Assembly (NCBI GenBank): GCA_965208675.1
Contig: OZ242351.1
Coordinates: forward strand, 512,001 to 576,000
Source of the DNA: Candidatus Poribacteria bacterium
GTDB lineage: Bacteria; Poribacteria; WGA-4E; PCPOR2b
DNA length: 64,000 nucleotides
Direction: 5' to 3'
Shown here one piece after another: positions 19,631 through 31,700 of this stretch. Below the pieces are notes generated by a model. That model searched no databases, was not told the DNA's origin, and saw nothing but the letters and a program-made list of their open reading frames with translations. The number at the start of each line of letters is the position of its first letter. Position 1 is the stretch's first letter. A program made the translations under genes and the position numbers.

Positions 19631-21268
19631 TCAATGGAGATGTCCAGGATGTTGGTGTGCCCCTCCGGCTTCCGGTTTAGGTTCTTCTTCTACCTCCGTG
19701 ACTAATGATTCTGTCGTCAACAATAGGCCTGCTACGCTCGCCGCATTTTGAAGCGCGGATCTGACTACTTTGGTGGGGTCGACGATGCCTGCCTGAAGTA
19801 AATCTTCAAATTCTCCAGTCTGTGCGTTGAAGCCATAACCCTCTTCACCATCTTTGACTTTGGCAACGACTACGGAACTCTCCTCACCTGCGTTGTCAGT
19901 TATCCTCCGTATTGGTGCCTCCAAGGCTCTACGGACGATGTTTACGCCGACCGCCTGATCGCCGTCAAGTTGGCTATCCGAAAGCGCGGAGCTTGCTCTT
20001 AACAGCGCAAGACCTCCCCCCGGAACAATGCCTTCCTCGACAGCAGCGCGCGATGCAGACAACGCATCTTCAAATCGAGTCTTTTTCTCTTTCATCTCCG
20101 TTTCAGTCGCCGCGCCCACCCGAATCACAGCAACTCCGCCCGCTAGTTTCGCTAGACGTTCTTCTAGTTTTTCGCGATCGTAGTCGGAGGTAGTCTCCTC
20201 AATCTGCCGACGAATCTGCTCAATTCGATTTTCAATTTCCGATTTCATACCTGCGCCTTCGACGACCGTGGTATCGTCTTTGTTAACGATAACCCGCTTT
20301 GCACTGCCAAGCATGCCAATTACGAGATTTTCCAACTTAATGCCTATGTCTTCCGATATGACTTGTCCATTGGTAAGAACACCTAAGTCCCCGAGCATCG
20401 CTTTACGCCTGTCACCGAAACCCGGTGCTTTTACAGCGACACATTGACAAACGCCGCGCAGTTTATTCACGACCAATGCGGCTAAAGCTTCCCCTTCAAC
20501 ATCTTCTGCAATGATGAGTAGTGAACGTCCAAGTTGGACAACTTTCTCCAAGATTGGAACAAGGCTAGCCATCGAGCTGATCTTTCCATCATTAATCAAA
20601 ATCAGTGGATCTTCCAGTTCCGTGACCAGTTGTTCGTCGTTGGTCACAAAGTGGGGTGAGAGATATCCGCGGTCAAATTGCATCCCGTCAACATAATCAA
20701 CGTTCGTGTCAGAACTTTTTCCTTCTTCAACGGTGATGACGCCGTCCTCTCCCACATTTTCCATTGCATCTGCGATAAGTCTTCCTATTCCAGAAGCATT
20801 CGCCCGGTCATTGGCTGCAATGGATGCAACTTGTGCAATTTCATCGTGGGTGCTTATGGCTGTACTCTGTTTTTTTAGTGCTTCGACAACAGTCGCCACA
20901 GTTTTCTCAATGCCAATCTTCAATTGCATCGAATCCATGCCAGCGGCAACGCTCTTTAGCCCCTCATGGATGATTTCTTGAGCCAACACAGTTGCGGTGG
21001 TTGTACCATCGCCTGCCACGTCGTTAGTTTTGGTGGCGACCGACTTTAACAATTGTGCGCCCATGTTCTCATATTGATCGGGAAGTTCAATTTCCTTAGC
21101 AACGGTAACACCGTCACTCGCAATTACCGGTGATCCAAAGGACTTTTGGAGTATCACATTGCGGCCGCGGGGACCGAGTGTCACTGTAACCGCTTGCGCG
21201 AGTGTGTCAGCACCCCGCTGGAGGGCTTCTCGGGCTTCTACATCAAAAATCAGCTGCTTTGCTGCCAT
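19631..21268 (-). CDS. groEL: Chaperonin GroEL
   Basis: [40 protein letters not shown]-terminus HQHPGHLH. Confidence 0.98.
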   Translation of the reverse strand: MAAKQLIFDVEAREALQRGADTLAQAVTVTLGPRGRNVILQKSFGSPVIASDGVTVAKEIELPDQYENMGAQLLKSVATKTNDVAGDGTTTATVLAQEIIHEGLKSVAAGMDSMQLKIGIEKTVATVVEALKKQSTAISTHDEIAQVASIAANDRANASGIGRLIADAMENVGEDGVITVEEGKSSDTNVDYVDGMQFDRGYLSPHFVTNDEQLVTELEDPLILINDGKISSMASLVPILEKVVQLGRSLLIIAEDVEGEALAALVVNKLRGVCQCVAVKAPGFGDRRKAMLGDLGVLTNGQVISEDIGIKLENLVIGMLGSAKRVIVNKDDTTVVEGAGMKSEIENRIEQIRRQIEETTSDYDREKLEERLAKLAGGVAVIRVGAATETEMKEKKTRFEDALSASRAAVEEGIVPGGGLALLRASSALSDSQLDGDQAVGVNIVRRALEAPIRRITDNAGEESSVVVAKVKDGEEGYGFNAQTGEFEDLLQAGIVDPTKVVRSALQNAASVAGLLLTTESLVTEVEEEPKPEAGGAHQHPGHLH

Positions 21269-21317
21269 ATTTTCTCTCCTGTAGCGTCGATATTTATTTG
21301 CCTGAAAGGTGGGTTTG

Positions 21318-21344
21318 TTAGCACTCTTACAAAGTGAGTGCTAG
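21318..21344 (-). promoter_or_regulatory. CIRCE element (HrcA operator)
   Basis: TTAGCACTC-N9-GAGTGCTAG, one mismatch to the consensus, between the promoter and groEL. Confidence 0.92.
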
Positions 21345-21355
21345 TCGAACACGGA

Positions 21356-21385
21356 ATTATACATCACGCTACCACAAAAAGTCAA
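21356..21385 (-). promoter_or_regulatory. Sigma70 promoter of groEL
   Basis: TTGACT-18bp-TATAAT on the minus strand just upstream of CIRCE. Confidence 0.75.
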
Positions 21386-21436
21386 CCTGATTCCTCAATT
21401 TGAAATCGGCAATTTGCAGATTTGCGATATGCCGTA

Positions 21437-22174
21437 TCAGTTGATGCCTTCCCAGTATTTCCACATGTCTTTAGGCGTTTCATACTTAATTTGATCCAAA
21501 TCTTTCCGGCTCACCCGCCCAATCAGTGCAATCCTAACATCGCGGCTGATGTTTGTGGAGGCTGTGTGCGAAAGCTGATTATGCCAGAAGCAGATATCTC
21601 CCGGTCCGCCCGTAACTTCCACCCCTACACCAAGATCAAAGGGAGCAACGCCACCCTCCAAGCTATCAATATCGTGGTGTCTGAAATACTCGGCAAAAAT
21701 CTTATGGCTCTTCGGCCAAACCATAAACCCACCGCCTTTAGATTCTACTCTGCCGAGATAGATTGTGACGCCCAAGGTAAACACGCTCACACCGCCTTTA
21801 GGGACACCGTTCGAAGGGGTGTAATAGCCGTCAAGATGTCCAGTTGGCGGATGCCATTCACTGTTTGGGGCTGGGAAATTCAGGTGGGGTGTTACCCCGC
21901 CATCGGTATTTAACGTCCCTTTGCCCACCATCTCCTCTGCCATTGCGAACACAGGTTCGGTATAGATGGTCCGCTTGAGGGCGTCTGTTCCGCCGATGTC
22001 GAAGGCCTGATATCCTTTGTCTATCCAAGAATCCGGTTCGTTTCGGTTCGCCTCAACGTTGTTCCAAATGACCTCCAACGCCGCGTCAATTACTTGCGGA
22101 TTGAGCGCATCACGTATTACGACGTATCCCTGTTCCTTGAAGTAATCTTTATCTGCCTTCGTTAGATGAGCCAT
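21437..22174 (-). CDS. Phytanoyl-CoA dioxygenase (PhyH) family Fe(II)/2OG oxygenase
   Basis: FKEQGYVVI, GHLDG (HxD), VWPKSH, GDICFWH...SH, and a late Arg. Confidence 0.85.
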   Translation of the reverse strand: MAHLTKADKDYFKEQGYVVIRDALNPQVIDAALEVIWNNVEANRNEPDSWIDKGYQAFDIGGTDALKRTIYTEPVFAMAEEMVGKGTLNTDGGVTPHLNFPAPNSEWHPPTGHLDGYYTPSNGVPKGGVSVFTLGVTIYLGRVESKGGGFMVWPKSHKIFAEYFRHHDIDSLEGGVAPFDLGVGVEVTGGPGDICFWHNQLSHTASTNISRDVRIALIGRVSRKDLDQIKYETPKDMWKYWEGIN

Positions 22175-22186
22175 TGTGTGCGTTTT

Positions 22187-23401
22187 CTATGCCCAGCCCT
22201 GGCTAACGCCTCCAACCCGCTGCTCGCTAATTTTTTCAAAGTAACCGCTCTTGCGGTACGCCGTCAACGGGTCAGGATCTCTGTCCATTTCCAAACGCAC
22301 TTGCTCAAGCAGCGGTGATGTGTCCGTTTCGTATGCCCGCTGCAATATTCGCTCGGCGTCGATTATTTCACCCGTATCCTGCGCTTCGCCCAGCGCAATT
22401 CGGTCGACGATTAACGCTTTTGCGTATGCAGTTTGTAGGTTGCAGACGGATTGAATGCTCGCTTCAACTTTGGGTTTGAGGTTGTGGCTTTGGTCGATCA
22501 TGTAGGCAATATTCGTCTTAGTACCAGGATCCAACTCTGACGCGGCGAGTTCCGTGTAAATGAGGAAAAGCTCCTGGGGGTTGATTGTTCCAACGGTCAA
22601 ATCATCATCGGCAAACTTTCGGCAGTTGAAGTGGAAACCGCCCAGTTTCCCTTCGTCGATGAGAAAGGCAACGATATATTCGATGTTTGTACCTTGCGCA
22701 TGGTGTCCGAGGTCAATCAGGACCTGCGCCTTATTGCCCAACTTGATTGCCATTACGTAAGCGTTCCCCCAATCTGCGAGGTCGGTATGATAGAACGCAG
22801 GTTCAAAGAATTTGTACTCAATAAGCATGCGTACATCATCATCGAGTGCGTCATAAACCTCGCGCAGGCATTCGTACATCCACCGCTTGCGTTTCCTGAA
22901 ATTTCCTTGGCCGGGAAAATTCGTCCCATCGGCGAACCAGAGGCTGAGCAGCGTGGACCCAGTAATCTGCATAATCTCCACACATTCTAGCATGTGATCG
23001 ACAGCAAGGCGCCGGACAGATGGGGCATGGTTGCAGATGCTTCCAAATTTGTACTCCTGCCCTTGAAAGACGTTCGGATTTATTGCCCCGATTCCAACCC
23101 CGACTTCTGCGGCGTACTGCGTTAGCCCTAGCCAATCATCTGTCTTGTCCCAAGGAATATGTAGAGCGACGGTCGGGGCGATGCCTGTGAATCTGTGGAC
23201 GGTGGCTGCATCTTCAAGGCGTTCGCGAGCATTCCGCGCGGCCCCGGATTGTGCAAATACGCCGAATCGTGTTCCTGAATTGCCGTAACCCCATGATGGG
23301 GTTTCAATGTGTTGCCTTTTGAGTATAGATTTGACCGCCTCAATCTCAATCCCTTGTTTTTCCAGGTCTTCCGCAAGTAGATTGTATTTGGGATTGCTCA
23401 T
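22187..23401 (-). CDS. rhaI: L-rhamnose isomerase (RhaI / Streptomyces-Pseudomonas type)
   Basis: [51 protein letters not shown]. Confidence 0.9.
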   Translation of the reverse strand: MSNPKYNLLAEDLEKQGIEIEAVKSILKRQHIETPSWGYGNSGTRFGVFAQSGAARNARERLEDAATVHRFTGIAPTVALHIPWDKTDDWLGLTQYAAEVGVGIGAINPNVFQGQEYKFGSICNHAPSVRRLAVDHMLECVEIMQITGSTLLSLWFADGTNFPGQGNFRKRKRWMYECLREVYDALDDDVRMLIEYKFFEPAFYHTDLADWGNAYVMAIKLGNKAQVLIDLGHHAQGTNIEYIVAFLIDEGKLGGFHFNCRKFADDDLTVGTINPQELFLIYTELAASELDPGTKTNIAYMIDQSHNLKPKVEASIQSVCNLQTAYAKALIVDRIALGEAQDTGEIIDAERILQRAYETDTSPLLEQVRLEMDRDPDPLTAYRKSGYFEKISEQRVGGVSQGWA

Positions 23402-23550
23402 TCCGTATCGTCCTTGTATTTACCTAGATTTATCGACCTACGCGTGTCCAGCATAAATTCATGCCTGCCGCAATTAAAACCGACCGAATTGATTTTAAGG
23501 CCATGATGGGTTTCGAGACAAGCGGCAATCCCCATTGAAAGCATGCTCAG

Positions 23551-23579
23551 ATAGTAGCACAACTCCCTTTTCTCGTCAA
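23551..23579 (-). promoter_or_regulatory. Sigma70 promoter of rhaI-phyH
   Basis: TTGACG-17bp-TACTAT with extended TG. Confidence 0.65.
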
Positions 23580-23603
23580 CCAAAATAATCCTTGAGAATT
23601 GCC

Positions 23604-23632
23604 TTGATAGAGCTATAGGTGTACGTTATAAT
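23604..23632 (+). promoter_or_regulatory. Sigma70 promoter of glyQS
   Basis: TTGATA-17bp-TATAAT. Confidence 0.75.
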
Positions 23633-23683
23633 GATAAAAGAACCAGTTAAGTCGATATAGGGAAATGGCGTGGAGGAAAAGTA

Positions 23684-24982
23684 ATGGTATCAATGGAAAC
23701 AATCACCTCGCTATGCAAGAGGCGAGGATTTATCTTTCAAAGCAGCGAAATATATGAAGGACTCGCCGGCTGTTGGGATTTCGGTCCGCTCGGTGTTGAA
23801 TTAGTGCGTAACGTGAAGGAAGCCTGGTGGAAAAACGTAGTGCATCAGCGAGATGATATGGTAGGCCTAGATGCGTCAATACTAATGCATCCACAGGCTT
23901 GGGTAGCATCGGGGCACGTTGAGAACTTCACCGATCCGATGGTTGATTGTATGCGTTGTAAACGGCGTTTTCGCGCGGATCACATTGATGGGGTACACTG
24001 TTCTAATTGCGGTGGTGAATTGACCGAAGCGCGGCAATTCAACCTCATGTTCAAGACGTTCATTGGTCCCGTAGAGGACGATGCTTCGCAAGTGTATCTT
24101 CGTCCGGAAACCGCCCAAGGTATCTTTGTTAATTTTAAGAACATTATAGATTCGATGCGCCTAAAAATCCCTTTCGGCATTGCTCAAATCGGCAAGGCGT
24201 TTCGGAACGAAATCACGGTCGGAAATTTTATCTTTCGAGTTCGTGAATTTGAGCAGATGGAAATTGAGTATTTTGTGATTCCAGGCACCGATGAAGAATG
24301 GCACGAGCAGTGGATTTCAAATCGATTTGGCTGGTATTTGCAATTAGGAATTCGGAAAGAGAATCTGAGGTGCCGTCCGCACGAGAAAGATGAGTTAGCA
24401 CACTATAGCAAATCGTGTGTTGATATTGAATATCTTTTCCCAATGGGTTGGTCAGAATTGGAGGGGATCGCCAGCCGCAGCGATCACGATTTATCTGTTC
24501 ATGCTGAACATAGCAAGAAGGATTTGAATTATTATGACCCAGTTGCAGAAACACATTACGTTCCCTATGTCATCGAACCTTCAGTCGGCGTTGGGCGCGC
24601 AGCGTTGGCTTTCCTGATTGATGCTTATAGCGAGGAAGAAGTGGCTGGCAGAAAGCGCACAGTACTTCGAATTCATAAAGACCTCGCACCAATCAAGGCA
24701 GCAGTATTGCCGCTGTTGAGAAATCGGCCTGACATCGTTCAACTTGCTAGAGAGATTACACATGCGTTGCAGAAAGAATTTGTCGCGGTTTACGACGATA
24801 CCGCAGGAATTGGACGTCTGTACCGGCGGCAAGATGAAATTGGCACACCGTATTGCATTACGGTTGATGTCGAGTCTTTGGACGACCACGCCGTCACTAT
24901 CCGCGACCGTGATAGTATGCAACAGATTCGTGTTTCCGTTGACAGAGTCGTAGAGACAGTTACTGAAAAGTTAAAATCTTAA
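23684..24982 (+). CDS. glyQS: Glycine--tRNA ligase, homodimeric class II type
   Basis: LCKRRGFIF, YLRPETAQGIF, FRNEI, REFEQME, IEPSVG, and the anticodon domain (RYRRQDEIG-like). Confidence 0.96.
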   Translation: MVSMETITSLCKRRGFIFQSSEIYEGLAGCWDFGPLGVELVRNVKEAWWKNVVHQRDDMVGLDASILMHPQAWVASGHVENFTDPMVDCMRCKRRFRADHIDGVHCSNCGGELTEARQFNLMFKTFIGPVEDDASQVYLRPETAQGIFVNFKNIIDSMRLKIPFGIAQIGKAFRNEITVGNFIFRVREFEQMEIEYFVIPGTDEEWHEQWISNRFGWYLQLGIRKENLRCRPHEKDELAHYSKSCVDIEYLFPMGWSELEGIASRSDHDLSVHAEHSKKDLNYYDPVAETHYVPYVIEPSVGVGRAALAFLIDAYSEEEVAGRKRTVLRIHKDLAPIKAAVLPLLRNRPDIVQLAREITHALQKEFVAVYDDTAGIGRLYRRQDEIGTPYCITVDVESLDDHAVTIRDRDSMQQIRVSVDRVVETVTEKLKS

Positions 24983-25055
24983 GCCGAATCGCATACATCA
25001 AAATCCAGAAGCGGTGCTTAGACGTTTCACAGCAGAGGTTCAAGGGGAGTTTCTT

Positions 25056-25532
25056 ATGAAAGGGATAATTCGTAAAGCTCAATTGGCTGACGCTGCGCAC
25101 ATGGTTGAACTCTCTGAGCAAAAACGCACGGAGTATGAAAAACATAAGCCCAATTTTTGGCGTAAAGCTCATGATTCCGCCCAAAAGCAGATGCCGTATT
25201 TTGAGCAGCAAATTAGGAGCGACTAGGTAATCGCCCGCATTCATGAACAAAATGGAATAATGGATGGCTTTGTAATCGGTATGCTTGTATCAGCACCGGC
25301 GGTCTATGATCCGGGCGGGCTTAGTTGTTTCATTGACGACTTCGTGGTAAAAAACCCAAATCTTTGGCAAAGTGTAGGCGTGATGTTGCTTAACGAAGTC
25401 TTCCATGAATCTAAGCACCGGGGTGCTGTGCAGAGCATGGTTGTATGCGGGCATCACGATACACCTAAACAGTTAATGCTTGCTTCCACTGATTCTTCTA
25501 TTGCCTCTGAATGGTGGGTAAAAACGTTATAG
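25056..25532 (+). pseudogene. GNAT-family acetyltransferase split by in-frame TAG at 25224-25226
   Basis: GGGGAG RBS then ATG 25056 (MKGIIRKA). Continues in frame as IRSD*VIARIHEQNG...APAVYDPGG...IDDFVV...WQSVG. Confidence 0.75.
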
Positions 25533-25595
25533 AGATTCGCAAAAATACTACAATGAGACTTGAATCACTCATGAAACTAGGAAGGAAAACTCAAA

Positions 25596-26606
25596 GTGAT
25601 ACGCGATGCAATTCAGAAAGTTGTTGATGGGCGGGACCTTACCGAGAATGAAACAGTTGACACGATGAATGAAATCATGAATGGTGAGGCGACCGATGCC
25701 CAAATAGCAAGTTTCATCACCGCTCTACGATTGAAAAAGGAAACCGTTGAAGAGATTATCGGTGCGGCGCGCGTGATGCGTGAAAAAGCTACACCCGTAC
25801 ATACCAGACATTCGTTAGTTGTGGATACATGTAGTACGGGTGGCACCCGATTGGATTCCTTCAACATCTCAACGACATCCGCCTTCGTAGTTGCGGGCGC
25901 AGGGGTGCCGGTGGCAAAACATGGTAATCGAGGGGTGACCCGCGAAAGCGGCAGTGCTAATGTATTGATGGCGCTAGGCGTCAATATTGAAATTACCCCG
26001 GAACATGTCAGTCGGTGTATTGATAACGTTGGTATCGGTTTCCTCTTTGCGCCAATGCTGCATGGGGCTATGAAATATGCAATTGGGCCTCGCCGGGAAA
26101 TTGGAATCCGCACAATTTTCAACACTGTTGCGCCCTTGACTAGCCCGGCGAGTGTTAAAGCACAAGTGGTCGGAGTTTATGCACCTGAACTCACGGAGCA
26201 ACACGCAAACGCGCTCAAAAGTTTTGGGAGTCATCACGCTTTCGTAGTGCACGGCAACGACGGATTAGATGAAATTACGACAACGACAACAACGCGAATT
26301 TCAGAGTTGGTAAATGGCGGCGTTACAAATTATACCCTTGATCCAACCGAATTGGGAATTCCTAAAGCGCATCCTAATGATATCCTAAGTGGCACCCCAG
26401 AACAAAATGCGGAAATGATTCTGCGCATTCTCAACGGCGAGACAGGGCCGAAGCGAAATATTGTTGCGCTCAATGCGGCGGCGGCAATTACCGCTGGCGG
26501 CAAAGCTGAGAATCTTAAGCAAGGATATATGCGTGCAGAAGCATCGATTGATTCAGGAAAGGCTTTGGAGAAATTAGAAGGGTTGAGGTCAATGTCGAAC
26601 GAGTAG
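25596..26606 (+). CDS. trpD: Anthranilate phosphoribosyltransferase (divergent motifs)
   Basis: FNISTT, VAKHGNR, GFLFAP, GLDEI. The PRPP loop reads DTCSTGGT. Confidence 0.88.
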   Translation: MIRDAIQKVVDGRDLTENETVDTMNEIMNGEATDAQIASFITALRLKKETVEEIIGAARVMREKATPVHTRHSLVVDTCSTGGTRLDSFNISTTSAFVVAGAGVPVAKHGNRGVTRESGSANVLMALGVNIEITPEHVSRCIDNVGIGFLFAPMLHGAMKYAIGPRREIGIRTIFNTVAPLTSPASVKAQVVGVYAPELTEQHANALKSFGSHHAFVVHGNDGLDEITTTTTTRISELVNGGVTNYTLDPTELGIPKAHPNDILSGTPEQNAEMILRILNGETGPKRNIVALNAAAAITAGGKAENLKQGYMRAEASIDSGKALEKLEGLRSMSNE

Positions 26607-26629
26607 AAACATTCAAACTAGGTGAAACG

Positions 26630-27670
26630 ATGGATTTGGTCACTTTTGGCGAGGCGATGGTTCGTCTCACTTCACCGGATTTCATGCGGTTCGAACAGGC
26701 GTCATCCTTAAACATGAACGTAGGCGGGGCCGAACTCAACGTTGCTATAAATGGAGCTCAGTTAGGATTGCGCACGGCATGGGTGTCACGGCTTGTTGAC
26801 AATTGGTCGGGCCGCTTTATCCGAAATACAGGGCGCGAGTTTGGTGTTGATATGTCCCATATCGTTTGGGCTCAATATGATGGAATCGGGCTAGAGCGCA
26901 ACGGCTTTTATCACGTTGAACTGGGAGCGGGGCCCCGTGCGAGCAACGTCACGTATGACCGCGGTTATACGGCAATTTCAAAGATTAAACCCGGCGAAGT
27001 GGATTGGCAGTCGGTTTTTGGAGGCTGCCGGTGGTTTCATTTGAGTGGAATTACTCCCGCGTTATCGGAATCCGCGGCCTTAGCATCGTGTGAGGCATTA
27101 CATACCGCACGAGCAATGGGGGTGACAACTAGTTACGATTTGAATTACCGCGCGAAGCTTTGGAGCCCAGAACGCGCGCAAGCCGTCAATCACGAAATAA
27201 TGGAGTATATCTGTATATTAATCGGGAACGAAGAGGATTTTGAGAAAGCGCTCGGCATAACTGCTGAAGGAACGGAAGGCGGCTATAGTAAACTCAATCC
27301 AGAAAGTTACAAAACGGTAGCAAAGTACGCGGCCGATCGTTATGCCAATGTTGAAATGATAGCCACGACTTTGCGCGAGGCAAAATCAGGTTGGTTAAAC
27401 GACTGGCGAACGCTTCTTTTCGACGGGGACGAATTTTACCTGTCCCGCACCTACGAAAATCTCGAACTTGTTGATCGCGTGGGCGGTGGAGACAGCTTCT
27501 CATCAGGTCTAATCTACAGTTTGCTCGGGGGCAAGCCGCCGCAAGAGACGGTTGATTTTGCTGGAGCATACTCGGCACTCGCACATACTTTTCCCGGGGA
27601 TTTTAACTGGGCAACTGCCGAAGAAGCTGAAAAGGCGATTAAGGCAGGCAGTGTGCGAATTGTTCGTTAA
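26630..27670 (+). CDS. kdgK: PfkB-family sugar kinase, 2-keto-3-deoxygluconate kinase-like
   Basis: VTFGE, GGAELNVA, FHLSGITPALS, DLNYRAKLW, DRVGGGDSF. Confidence 0.85.
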   Translation: MDLVTFGEAMVRLTSPDFMRFEQASSLNMNVGGAELNVAINGAQLGLRTAWVSRLVDNWSGRFIRNTGREFGVDMSHIVWAQYDGIGLERNGFYHVELGAGPRASNVTYDRGYTAISKIKPGEVDWQSVFGGCRWFHLSGITPALSESAALASCEALHTARAMGVTTSYDLNYRAKLWSPERAQAVNHEIMEYICILIGNEEDFEKALGITAEGTEGGYSKLNPESYKTVAKYAADRYANVEMIATTLREAKSGWLNDWRTLLFDGDEFYLSRTYENLELVDRVGGGDSFSSGLIYSLLGGKPPQETVDFAGAYSALAHTFPGDFNWATAEEAEKAIKAGSVRIVR

Positions 27671-27700
27671 GCTGCGCCTGCGGATTTAGTCAATTTTCCT

Positions 27701-28726
27701 TCACGTGGTTTTCTGAATCTGGTTTAACTTGTCTTGGACAGTTGTCCACACTTCATCAACCGTTATGAGTTTCATACAGATATTGTCTTTACACTTATCG
27801 GTAAACTGCTTGCACGGGTTGCACGGAACCTGGTGGCGGATGGTTGAATGGATGAGGTCTAGCGGCTGAAAACGCGTATGATTGCCCGGCCCAAACATCG
27901 CGACCGTTGGAGTGCGCATCGCCGCGGAAATGTGCATGGGGCCCGTGTCGTTCGTGATGAAGAGATTACAACTTTCGATTAGCGCAGAGAATTGGCGAAT
28001 AGGCAAATGCGCGGAAAATGTAGTTGCCCGCGCCGCCATCAGGCGGGCGACGTGATTCACAAGTTCTCCCTCGTTTGGACCGCCAAAGATTAGCACTTGT
28101 GCGTCAAAATAATTGGTTATTCGATCGCCGATGACAGCAAAACGGTTGGGCATCCACTCACGCAATTTCCACCCCGCTCCAGGGAATAACCCCACCTTGA
28201 GCCGATTGGGATGAACGCCTTTCGTAACGAGCAGATCACGAGCGCTCTCTCGATCCGAATCCGACAAAAACAGTTCTAACGTGCGATCGGTCGCCTCAAT
28301 GCCCAATGGGCGGAGCAAATCAAAATTCCTATTGATGGCGTGTTTGTTCGCGCGGTCCTGTACACACACCGTGCACATCAATCCATTTGGCCGATGGTAC
28401 CCTACACGGCATTTTGAACCGCTTAAGTACGCCATCAAACTGGTGCGGAACTTACATTGAAAATCAATGGTGAGGCCGAACTTTCTTCGTCTCAGGAGGC
28501 GGACGATTCGCATCATTTCACTGGTATCCCTGTTTTTCGCCCTTTTATCAAAACCAATCACCTCGTCGAGGTGAGGGTTCTCGGAGAGTAAATCGACAAA
28601 CTGTTTTGCAACCAGCATTGAAATCCGCGCGTTTGGGTAGTGCCGTCGTACTGCACGGATTGCCGGGGAAGTAAGGATTATGTCGCCAAGCGAGCTGAGA
28701 CGGATGAGAAGGATGTTTTGTTTCAT
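27701..28726 (-). CDS. Glycosyltransferase family 9 (LPS heptosyltransferase-like)
   Basis: ILLIRLSSLGDIIL, ITNDTGPMH, VAMFGP, C-terminal Cys cluster (CNPC...C...CM). Confidence 0.9.
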   Translation of the reverse strand: MKQNILLIRLSSLGDIILTSPAIRAVRRHYPNARISMLVAKQFVDLLSENPHLDEVIGFDKRAKNRDTSEMMRIVRLLRRRKFGLTIDFQCKFRTSLMAYLSGSKCRVGYHRPNGLMCTVCVQDRANKHAINRNFDLLRPLGIEATDRTLELFLSDSDRESARDLLVTKGVHPNRLKVGLFPGAGWKLREWMPNRFAVIGDRITNYFDAQVLIFGGPNEGELVNHVARLMAARATTFSAHLPIRQFSALIESCNLFITNDTGPMHISAAMRTPTVAMFGPGNHTRFQPLDLIHSTIRHQVPCNPCKQFTDKCKDNICMKLITVDEVWTTVQDKLNQIQKTT

Positions 28727-28753
28727 GTTCGTGGGTTCAATCTTGCATTTGTC

Positions 28754-31700
28754 TTATCGGACAACCGCAAATTTTCCGCTGCGGCTAACTGATTGTTCGC
28801 CGCGAGTCGCTTCCAAGATTAAAATATAAACACCGCTGGCCACACTTTCACCCGCCTGATTTTGACAATTCCAATAGAACTTTCCGGTACTGGAGCCGGG
28901 CGGTTTACCAGTGACATCTTGCCATTCAACAGTGTGTACCAACTGACCTGCGGCGTCATAAATTTTCAGCGTCACGTCCGCTGATTTTGTGAGGTTGAAC
29001 CCGATTTTGACTTCATACTTAGCGGGATTTGGATAGAACGTTACTACGTCGACGAAATCAAAAATTTCGCTAGTGAAAAAGGTCTGGCGATGGTACACCG
29101 AGTTTTCCGTTCGATCAGTAGCCTTAAGCGCCAGGGTATGCTCACCTGCGTTTAGCTCGCTTGGGATGTAAGATAAACGGTCAGTGTTTCGCTCAAAATG
29201 AATTTGGACGGGCCGGCCATCGACGCGCATTTCGATGCTATCAACACCAGAGCCTCCGTCTGTAATCACGCCCTCGACGAAATAGGGACTTAAGGGCACT
29301 TCATCGCCATCTCCAGGCCGAATGGAATGGATAATCTGCGCGTCTTTTTCCGTCATGAGTGCGTAACTACCAAACCGATGTCCGACTGCCTCAAGTGTAC
29401 CGAATTCATTCGTAGTTGTATCAATCGGAATCCAAGATTCGTCCCGCGGGTTCCACCAAAACAGCACCATATCGCCAGTATTCTCTCCCTCCTCAAATCC
29501 GTTGGGTTGTGAATCTATCGTCGTCAGGGCGACGTGCGACGAATCTAAAACCGGACTAGGTCGTGGATAAGGCGAATTAAACCAGAGCAGCGAATCCCAT
29601 TCTTCATAGTTAGCTTCGATAATGTAAACAGCAGGAAGTATTGATAGGCGTCGCTGCATCGCATTATGGTTCTGTGCTGAGACAAGATTCTGATCCGATC
29701 CACTTTGGCTGCGCAATGTCATCTTTAGATCCCGTGCCATGCTTTGGTGGAACAAAACAACTTCGGGACCGCTTTCAACGTAGAGGCGAATGAGAGCGTG
29801 CAGCGGCAGTTGTTCGAGAATGTATTGCGGAAGTCGTGTTGACGCCAATCCCGAGAGTCGATTTCGATCGGTGAAATACCCGACGAGAGGTATTTGGATA
29901 TTTTTCGCATGAATATCCCTGCCGTACTGCGAGGGCTGCACAGTTGCCGAAAGCGAGAATCCATTTTGCGAAGGCGCAATGCGGAACTCGCTCTCGTATC
30001 GAAACAAGCGGACGTCATTTATTTCGACCGGTGCCGTGCCAAGTTCGTTTCTGTCCGACGAATTGAGGTTGAGTGAGTATCCTAACAATGAACCTGATGG
30101 TAAGATTTCGGCGGAACGAATAACGGCAAGGCGTTTATTTGTCTCTACGAAAACTTTCAGCACGTCTTCTGTGCGATTCGCAGAAATAGCGGCGTAAAAT
30201 GGTTGGGTGTCGATAATAGACTCAAAATCAACATTTTCCGTTGAGTTGCCTTGTGTGTCTTGAACTACCAACTTGAATGTGTGCAGCCCATCAACTAATT
30301 CATTCGGCGGTATATGTGTGAATCGCCCGGTTTCAAGATTAAAATCTAAACTATTCCCATCAAAAATCTTCGCGTCTTCCGTACCGTCAAAAACGTACTC
30401 TTGTTCATCAAAACTGAATTGGATTGTAGACGACGCGATTTCACTATCGTCAATTAGGACTGCCGTGATTTTTGTATGGGGTTGTGCGAGAACGGCGCCA
30501 TCGGGGGGAAAAATTTCTGCAATGCCGGGTGGATTCGCATCTTTTCGTACATCTAATTCCGGTTGATAAATGACGCGGCGTAGTATTTCTGCCCGGCGCC
30601 TAATTCGATTTACCGCCTCCACACGGATGAGATTGGCTTCGTCCCCGACATGGTCAGGGTCTTCCGCCTGAAGTGAAAGGGTTCTGCTAAACCGCCGATC
30701 TGGCTGCAGCGGTATTGCCACACCATTTATCTTGAGTTGAACTTCGGCGGTTTTGGTATGTCCGGAAACAGTAACATACGGTACGTTAAGAATGGCGAAG
30801 TCTTGCGGCGATTCAACAACGATCTCAGGCGGGTGATCGCCCCAAACGACGTTTCTGTAGACGCGTGTCTCTAATCCAATTGAATTCTCCGCTTTAATTT
30901 CAATTCGGTTTTCGCCTTCTCGCAACAACAACTGCGATTCAAACCTCCCTTCCTCATCAAGGTACACTGCTGCGTTGTTGAGAGTAACGGTGCGCTGTTG
31001 GTCCGTGCGCCCGTGCACGGTGATAAATCGATCGGATGTGTGCAAGCCTTCAAGCGGGTAGAGAATTTCTAAGCGAGGATATTCATTTTCGACAAAGACC
31101 TTAATTCGATCTTCGATTTCATCGCCATTTGTTGTAACGACAACTAACCTTAAGACATATGCTCCACGTAGTTTGCGTGCATCCCACTGGCCAAGGAACT
31201 TTCCCACTAAAGGGTTAGCATTTTCAATATCGAACGGCTCAGGTGTCACAGGCGCAGTTGATTTCCCACCGATTCGGTGCCACTCGTTAAGCGAAGAGGT
31301 TGAAGCATATTCTAGACGATATTCCCGAAACAATTCGCCTCGGGCGATTCCGAGGAAATTCACCTTACCGTGTACCTGTTCTCCATTGACAGGCCGTTCC
31401 AGCCGTACTTCAATGGGCAGATCAGGGAATTCTATCGACATGAAATATAGTGCATCACTAGATTGATAGACAATGGCTTTTCCATCGGGCGACCAATCAG
31501 CACTTTCAATAAATTGACCGAAGGGAGGAGATTGCCCAGCGCTTGCAATTGGGGAGATTTGCGTGATTTGCCCATCTTGTAAATTGAGGACAAAGGGCGA
31601 TTGCAGGTCTTTACCTTGATCAGATATGAAAAGCATCGATTTTCCATTTGGAGACCAAACTGGTCGAGTTTCATTTGCAAAGCTCTGGTGCAATAATTTT

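Noticed and set aside
23402-23550. Riboswitch in the long rhaI leader (also checked 34995-35260 for an ncRNA)
   Set aside because: No recognisable conserved motif or terminator by eye. An Rfam/Infernal scan would be needed.
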